Part shown: positions 56,341-64,000 of the stretch, piece by piece
Position numbering within the stretch: the stretch's first letter is position 1
Layout of the letters: each line of letters begins with the position of its first letter
Origin: Somniosus microcephalus
Taxonomy: Eukaryota
Assembly: GCA_052327205.1 (NCBI GenBank)
Contig: CM126203.1
Coordinates: 40,734,001-40,798,000, forward strand
Reading direction: 5' to 3'
DNA length: 64,000 nt
Position numbers and translations under genes: made by a program
The notes under the pieces: model-generated
Database searches by the model: none
What the model saw: the letters and a program-made list of their open reading frames with translations, nothing else
What the model was told of the DNA's origin: nothing

Positions 56341-57600
56341 CAAACTAAGGCTGAATCTGTAAAGATGCATAAACTGTGATGGCGTTTTGAACGTTTGCTG
56401 CTATTGGTTTTCTGTAATCGGAACCTGCTGTAGCATTCTAGTTTAGTAAATCCTTATTTTATTACAGTTGATGCCAATGAACTAGAACATTAATTTTCTC
56501 CTTGGATAGAAGTTTCACCACAATATTTAATTCTATAAGAATAGCATAAACATTCACCAAAGAAACTTTAAAATCACTTAAAATTGATGCATTATTGACC
56601 AAACAACACATATGATATATGTGGCCTCTAACACAATGCAACAGATTGAAATGTATAATTACAATATATCTGAATATAAGTTCTATAACATTGGCCCCAG
56701 ACTTATTTTGCTGGTAGATGGTGCCTTTCCCCTTCAGAATCAGACATGGATACCGTGGTCTTTACTACCCACATACACTTCAGCACAGTAGCAAAATAAA
56801 CTTTAAGTAACCTGTGTATAAATGCAATAAGTATTAGTCTGAAATAGGCATAGGGTTGGAATGGAAATCTGTGAATGGAACAAGTCTTTAATGGATTCAG
56901 TGGCACTAACTGTAAAATTTGAGAAAATTAATCTCGCTTGTCTTTTTTAAAAGTAAGAATTACCAAACTATTTTCCAGACTTAAATTTCAATTTAAAGTG
57001 TTTGACTTTTCACTACCTTCTGTTAATAAGTTCAGTAAATACTTTCCCGTGGTGGACAGCAGTCCTCATTCACAAGCTCCAAACCAAGCCATAATCTATG
57101 GCTTTACCAATGTGTTTACACCCAAAAGGTTATGTTGTCTTTTGTCAGATGCTGTTGGATCTGCTGTATATTTCTAGCATTTTCTGCTTTTATTTATTCC
57201 TAAATCTACAGGATTTTGCTAGCACCCAGTGTCCTTACTGTACCAGTTATGGTGCACATTCTTAGTTAATTTAACCTGTTTTCTCCACTATTTCTATTGG
57301 CTGTACAAAATACAGTACAGGAGGATCCTGTTACAGCAACTCAGTTTGTCAGTAACTCAAATGATCACTTTACCAACAGATCAGTATATCAGAAAATATA
57401 TATCTCTACTGTTGATCCCTCTTTGAAGCAGCTAATTAAATACCTGAAACAAAAGCAAAATACTGCAGATGCTGGAAATCCAATGTATAATTAAATAGCT
57501 GTTCAAAGTTTAAATGCTGTAAAAAGAATGATGGTGCTTTTTATGTTCCATTCATTGCACCAGATCCAAAAACTGGTCATTTTGAAGTGTTGACCCTTTG

Positions 57601-57977
57601 TGTTCTGGATTGAGTAGATTTGGCCTATATTCTCTAGAGTATAACATTCTGAGGGCTTGCTAGGGTAGATGCTGAGAGGCTGTTTGCCTCTGGCTGGAGG
57701 GTCAGATTCTCATGATACGAGGTTGGCCATTTAGGATCGAGATGATAAATGTCATCACTCCGAGGGTTGTAAATCTTTGTAATTCTCTATCCCAGAGGGT
57801 TGTGTATGCTCAGTCTTTGAGTATATTCAAGACTCAGATTGATAGATTTTTGGGCACTTGGGGATAGGGCAGGAAAGTGGAGTTGATGTAGAAGTTCAGC
57901 CATGATCTTACTGAATGGTGGAGCAGACTCAATGGGCTGCGAGGCCTACTCTGGCTCCTATATCTTTATGTTCTTGT
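57601..57977 (+). mobile_element. 5'-truncated CR1 3' end with 14-bp TSD
   Basis: GTGTTGACCCTTTG at 57587 and 57978; homologous to 22635-23045. Confidence 0.88.
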
Positions 57978-60499
57978 GTGTTGACCCTTTGAAACAGCCT
58001 GAGGATTGTTTATAGTGAGACCAATTAGCAGGCTATTAGTAATGGTAATTAGCATAACAGAATTCCACTGTATTACTGCTGTCCTGGAGTTCTGTTAAAT
58101 CCTGCTGAATGTAGAAATAGTTTAGGGTAATCTAGACTAATTTGTCCAGTTCATCTTGCTATGTCCTGCACCCCATTTTGATGCAGTGCTTCAAGTTTTA
58201 GAAACTCTGCTTTTCTGAAATTGAGTTTGAGGCACATAGGAGAGGTACTCCAAATCTAACTGCTGTACCTGACCTGTGAGGGTTTCCCCAAAATGTTGCA
58301 CTTCCATCCCTCATCTTGATTAGCATAAAGGCTTCCATGTTGTACAGAATTCACATGACATTCTCACCAGTGAAAGAACAAGTGTTACTTTGTTGATTAT
58401 TCATCTGTCAAGTGAAAGTCAAAAGGGTAGTGTCATATCCTGTTACTCTTTTTAAAGCTTTAAAAAATACTGGATGAGAAGAGTATTTGGTAGTGCACTA
58501 CTTGGTAGGTACTGGAATTAGTTGAATCCTGCAGCTGTAGCAAATGATCACTTGTTAGAGGTTCAGTTTAGATTGGGCCTGCAGGTTTTACTAGGAACAT
58601 CAAAACATAGAATGTAGAGCTAATCCTGAAATATTTTTAATTCAATCTAGAGTCCTATTTAATGTGATTAGTAAAATTTGGGGTTTGTTACCACTTTTTG
58701 TTTTTGGATACACAAACTTTGCTGGAATAACTATCGTGCAGTGTTATGACTACATGTTCTATGCAGTTAATGGTTGGCACTTAAAAATGTATGTTCCAAG
58801 TTCAGGTATGTGGTGAGGAATTCCGGGAAATCTCGCTTCTGCACAATTTCAAGGAACATTTCCGAAGCAACATCCAGTTGCCAGTTGCAGCTGAGAAAAG
58901 AAGACAAAGTGATCACTAGTTAAATAGCAATCCTTATGGTTAAGTGTATTCATCTAATAAGAGAATAAATTGAACTTCAGTAATTCTACATAGTGTACCT
59001 GTTCCCTCAAGCTAAATTTATTCAATAGATTACTTAACTTCAGTGTTGCATCTTAAGTCAACTCTTACAAGACAACTCGAGGCAGAGGGGCCAAAAATCC
59101 ACCTCCATTCTGGCTCATTGCCCAAATAAGGTCAACAATTTCTTCTTTTCCCCACCTCCCCCTCCCTCTTGCACCCAACCATCAAGGTGTGTATGTGCCC
59201 TACAAGCATCTTTAATGCCCAGTGTGATGGTAAGGGATAGTCTCTGATGCTGAAAGATAGCACCACTGACCATGCAGCATTCTTAGTCCTGTACTACAAT
59301 ACCAATTTAGATTATGTAAAGTCAAAAGTGGGGCTTGAACCCACAACCTGACTCAGGTGAGAGCATAACTCCTTAGCCACGCTAACAGCACCTAATACGT
59401 TTATTCGTTGCAGCTGCTTGCACTAGGAAAAAGACTATTATGCTATAATTTTCTAAACCTTTGCTTCGAAGCAGAATTAATGATTGCTAACTTACAGAAA
59501 TGTTTGCCTTTGTGTTGAATCTCTTCCCATTCATGAGTGTGTTTTCCAGGAGTATTATATAGAAGTGTATCTTGTATACATCTCTCCAAAGTTAAACCAG
59601 AAATAAGCATTCAATATGGCCAAGCAGTGTGTGGGTAGAAAACTACCTATAGGAACTGATGTTGCTCTCCTAATAGGGATTGAATTGTTTTTCTTCTCCT
59701 AGGAAGCACTTCCCCTCTGATCAGTACCTATCCCAGGAAACATTTCAGCCAGGATCTCTCTATTAGGGTGCAGGTTGGCATTTCTTCCCCAATCATCAAG
59801 CTAGCCTTTTCTAACTAGCGGATATGAATTTTTTTCTGCAAATCTTACCTGTCCGTGCAGCTACGCAAAACCTCCTGTAATTCAGTTCCTAATTCCTTTA
59901 TAAGAGTTTGGACAAGGTTTCTGGTGACAGCTCTGTCATCATCCTCCAATTTTACTTCATGTCGAATCCACTGCCAAACCTGTAAGACAAGTTTAAGAGC
60001 AATAGTGAGATGGCACATTATACAGTAGTTATGGTAATGGGTATAGAGCTTCTATCTTTACATTAAGGACCTGATATGCTCCTACCCTGTCACAAGCAGC
60101 AGAATCTGCCTCTAACCCAGGCCCTACCACTTTGAAAGAATTGGTTACAACTAACGTAGCTAGCTTTTAATATTATCAAATTTAACTTTTCACCGCAATC
60201 CACAGTTTATTTTTAATCGGCATGGACCCTGAACTGATGTATACACTTCTGTCTTTACAACATTGCATCATGGTGAGTCGGAGGAAATGCTATTTTACAA
60301 TCAGGAGTGTTATACTATGTATTACACTGCATTATTAATTAGTTGATTATCTGTGACGTTACTTAGATTTTAAAAATTCTCTTCCTGTAACACTGCTCTG
60401 TCTCTCTTCATGCCACTCAGCTGGAGGGCCTATGGATCAGCAACAGCCTCTTTTAAATTAAAAAGATCTTCAAGCCATTTCTTCCCCCTTTTTAAGCCA

Positions 60500-61185
60500 T
60501 CTCCCTCATCCTTTAAGTGCTCGATGTGTCTCATAAGAAGTTTATTAGTAAAATTCAGGTGGATGCTATAAGAAGAAATGTAGCAGCATGGGCAGAAAGT
60601 TGGTTGACCGGGAGGAAACAAAACACTTCGGGTATAAAAACAGAAAATGCTGGCAATACTCAGCAGGTCAGGCAGCATCTGTAGAGAGAGAAACAGTTAA
60701 CGTTTCAGGTCGATGACCGTCAGCATTTAGGGGTTTATAAATTCAGGCATAGAGTAAAAAACTAAAGAAATATTGATGAATTTATACAAAATATTGGTTA
60801 GGCAACAGTTAAAAGTGCTGTGTGCAGCATTGGGTGTTCCATTGTACAATGTCCAGTGTAGATTCACCAGGATAGTGCCAGGGATAGGAAACTAGTTAGG
60901 AGGAGAAACTTGAGATGGTAGGACTATTTCCAGTGGAGCAGAGAAAACTAGGACAAGATTTAAGAGGTTTTTAAAATTATGAATAGTTTTGATAGTCTTT
61001 CCTCATCACCTCTGGTTGGGTAGTCAGTGATGAGGGAGCCATCAATTTAAAATTATGACGTTAGGAGAGCGCTTTAGAAAAATGTCTTTATGCAGAGTGT
61101 TGAGTGAAATGCTTTGCCACAGGAAGTGAATGAGGCACAAACTTCCTTTTAAGGGAAAACTGGATATATATTTGAAGCTGAGGCA
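60500..61185 (+). mobile_element. Degraded CR1 fragment with a nested Penelope-type repeat (60634-60723, minus)
   Basis: gtgctgtgtgcagcattgg...agattcaccaggatag; the insert aaaacagaaaatgctggc...gttaacgtttcaggtcgatgaccgtcag has a partly deleted hammerhead core. Confidence 0.7.
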
Positions 61186-61229
61186 CTGGAGAAGTCTTTG
61201 ACTTCTCTAACAAGCTCATCAGCTTCTCC

Positions 61230-61323
61230 ATTGTAAAAACTGCGCATGCGCAGAAATGTAAAGGGACCGCACACTAAAAGAAACCGGTCGTGCAGAACAA
61301 AGCGCAGCTTACAGGGAACGTTG
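61230..61323. mobile_element. Partial hAT-type MITE related to family D
   Basis: Shares taaagggaccgc with 47448-47460 and ends in TIR GGGAACGTTG. Confidence 0.6.
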
Positions 61324-64000
61324 GTTGCAAGTACAATTCAAATAGCCGTGTCTAAACCAGAGTCCAACTCTCTGCTGTTAGAGCTACCAGGCCACCTGCC
61401 ACAGATTTTAATGTCAACTGGCACTTAAGTTTCTACACACAGCCTCATGGCAGGAGATGCAATATATTACAAGGTGGCATGCTTTGCTGTGATGAATCAC
61501 TCCCACTTCTGGTTCTGCATGGAATTTTAACTGGTGCTCCCTTGTCTTAAGAGAAGCAAATAGGGCAGTGGGAAGAAGAAGGGTTAAGTATTTTTAGTAT
61601 AAAGTACACACCAAGAGTATTCATTTTATAAAATTAATTGAAGGCATGATTCGTTCATTTTAGTAGCATATTTCCCCTTTTCAGGTAGGTGTCCATTTAT
61701 GCCTTTGACCAGCAGTGTAGCCCAGTGTATGCAAATGGTACACTTTGTATTCACTGGGACAGCAACTCAGGTGTTGAAGTGCAGGTTTCTGCCTCAACAG
61801 CTGATTTGTTGCTGCACCTGGCACAACTTGTACCCAATGCTGCTGCTTCATTGCAGAACTGGACCCTCTGGGAATTCCGGTTAAATCAGGAAGTTTTACC
61901 TGCAGCAGAATTCAAACCTCAAATAAAGCAGTAATGTCAGGTAGGTGCATCAGTCAGAACCAGCAATAAGGAGCTCATCAACAAGGGAGTGTGGCTCTAT
62001 GAACTGTGGGGTTTGGGAACTGGGGGCTTTGCAGGAGGGAAGAGTGTCTGTGAACTGGGAAAAATTGGAGGGGGCTGAATGTCTGAATTGGGAGGACTGG
62101 AGAGAGAATATCTGAAATGAGGGGCAGGAGAGGTGGAGTAGAGGGAAAGGAGTGCCTCTGCGAAGGGGGAAGAGCAACTGCTGAGAAACCTTTTGGGCAA
62201 GTCTGGTTTGTAACTTCAATGTAGATATACCTAAACAAAATTTAAAAATAGCATTTGGGACGTTAAAATAAGTTTGGGCGGTTTCAACCCAGTTCCTAAT
62301 GTATGTGATACCACAGTACAAAACTACCCTCAGATTGGTACTAAATTAGCAATCTGACTTGAAGTAAAACATGTCTTGCAGCCATTGGAATTGAGGTATT
62401 GGGGCAGTGCAGAGGTAACTTCACATTTTGATCCATAATGTACTTGACCCGAGCATGCTTAATACAGACACCAGGTACAAAAAGGTGGGGAAATATTCCA
62501 TTCTGCAGGACGAACATCTTTATTGTGATGCATACATAATATAGGAATGTTCCACAGTACTTAAGAAATTTTTAAAAAATTATTCAAGATGGTTAAACCT
62601 ATTTCTAGAAACTTAAGTACATCACAGAAATTTACCTCATGTTGAGCAACCAAACACCAAAATTTCAGATTTTATTAAATTTTTTTACTGTAGTCTAATT
62701 AAGGTAACTTTCTGTACCTGTGATCGAGAAATCTCTGCAGTAGCTGAATCTTCCACCTGACCCCGAAAGTAAAAGTGACCTTGACCTACAGTAAAAATAA
62801 GGTTGTTGCAACTTATTTCAAATAAAATGAATATAACCATCAAGATTCAAGCTTGTTATTTTTTAAAGTCTATTCACAACGTTGGTATAAAAAATTAACA
62901 TTCCTGCTATTAATTATTATCTAGATATCATTCCCAATTATATATAGGGCAAGTTTTTTTTTTTTACAGCTGTAACAGCCATGCCAACATGTCAGACTTA
63001 CTCTGCAATGGTTTTATTAGCATCATTTCATACCAGCTAATTTTTTGGCTTGCAAACCAAGTGTCAAGGATACAAATACTTTTTACTCTGCAGACAAGAG
63101 AGATGCCTGATCTCTGCTGAGTTAGTGGGGGGAGGGGAAATTTACAATGTTGATGTCAAAATTTACCAACATTCCTGTGCCTGATGGTGTATATATCCTT
63201 GCTGGAGATTTGTATCTGTGGAATTCAGGTGAGAAGAGCGTATGGCTCAAAGGTGATGCCCCCTAAAGGCAAACTGACACTCCTTGTTCAGGCTCGCACA
63301 TGAACAATGGCCATTTAGACAAGCCACCAGAGGCCAACTAATGTATGCTGGCCCAAGCATGAGTAGTGAAATACACGCTCCTCTTTTGACTTAAGTGTTT
63401 AGAGTTAAAACTGGGTGCAAGTTGGGGATGAATGCCTTCTTGTCACAGATGCCCCTCTCCCCACACCTGCCTTTTCCTCCAAATCTCATCATCTCTATGC
63501 AGTGCAACATTTTGGGGCAGTTAGCTGATTCCATAGTCCACTCCACTGTTAGCAGAAATCTGCTCCATACAACATTGTTACGCTTAGCCACTAAAAAAAA
63601 TCAAAATCTCCCCATTGGAGTTACAGATTTCTTTGGGACTCATTTTGTGCAGGTGCTGTTAGGTGTGTCTGATTGCTGGTCATGCCTTTTCTTATTTGCT
63701 AGTTAGGAGTTGTGCATAATGGGTCCAGACAAGTATATCACTTCCCTCCACTCCCCTCCAAACATGCAGTGTGTCATCATAGCAAGGATCCCCATCTAGT
63801 GGCTTGACAGATAACTGATAAACTTACTTCCAAGCAGCAGAACAAGAACTGACATGCAGTACAAAGACTGGGGACTTATCAACCTATCGAGTTGGAAGGT
63901 AGTCATTGTATTACCAGGCTGCCTTTGGCTTCAGCTATGCCCACATCCTTTTATCAGATCAGATTAAAGGAGCGGATGTATGGGCAATTTGTTCGATTTC

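Noticed and set aside
56400-64000. Exons of a downstream neighbouring gene
   Set aside because: No ORF with recognisable homology or convincing splice-bounded exon; mostly decayed repeats.

Overview
Vertebrate genomic DNA; the repeat content (HER1-type CR1 tails, Deu-domain SINEs, Penelope-type short repeats) points to a cartilaginous fish (shark/ray). The window holds 18 coding exons (equivalent to exons 3-20) of a + strand NAA15-family gene (NatA auxiliary subunit), from 10375 to the stop at 53556, followed by a long TE-free 3' UTR with several AATAAA signals. Exons 1-2 lie upstream of the window. Intron 3 is a U12-type (minor spliceosome) GT-AG intron. The introns are packed with mobile DNA: one apparently full-length antisense CR1 LINE with a 79/91-bp tandem monomer array at its 5' end, a second near-full-length CR1, many CR1/L2 fragments, four MITE families (two with TA TSDs, one Harbinger-like with a 3-bp TSD, one hAT-like with an 8-bp TSD), ancient SINEs, an unclassified inverted-repeat pair, and short Penelope-type repeats carrying minimal hammerhead-ribozyme motifs. 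Most short ORFs in the track are antisense or out-of-frame shadows of these elements. Family names and comparisons with human NAA15 come from recalled knowledge, not database searches.
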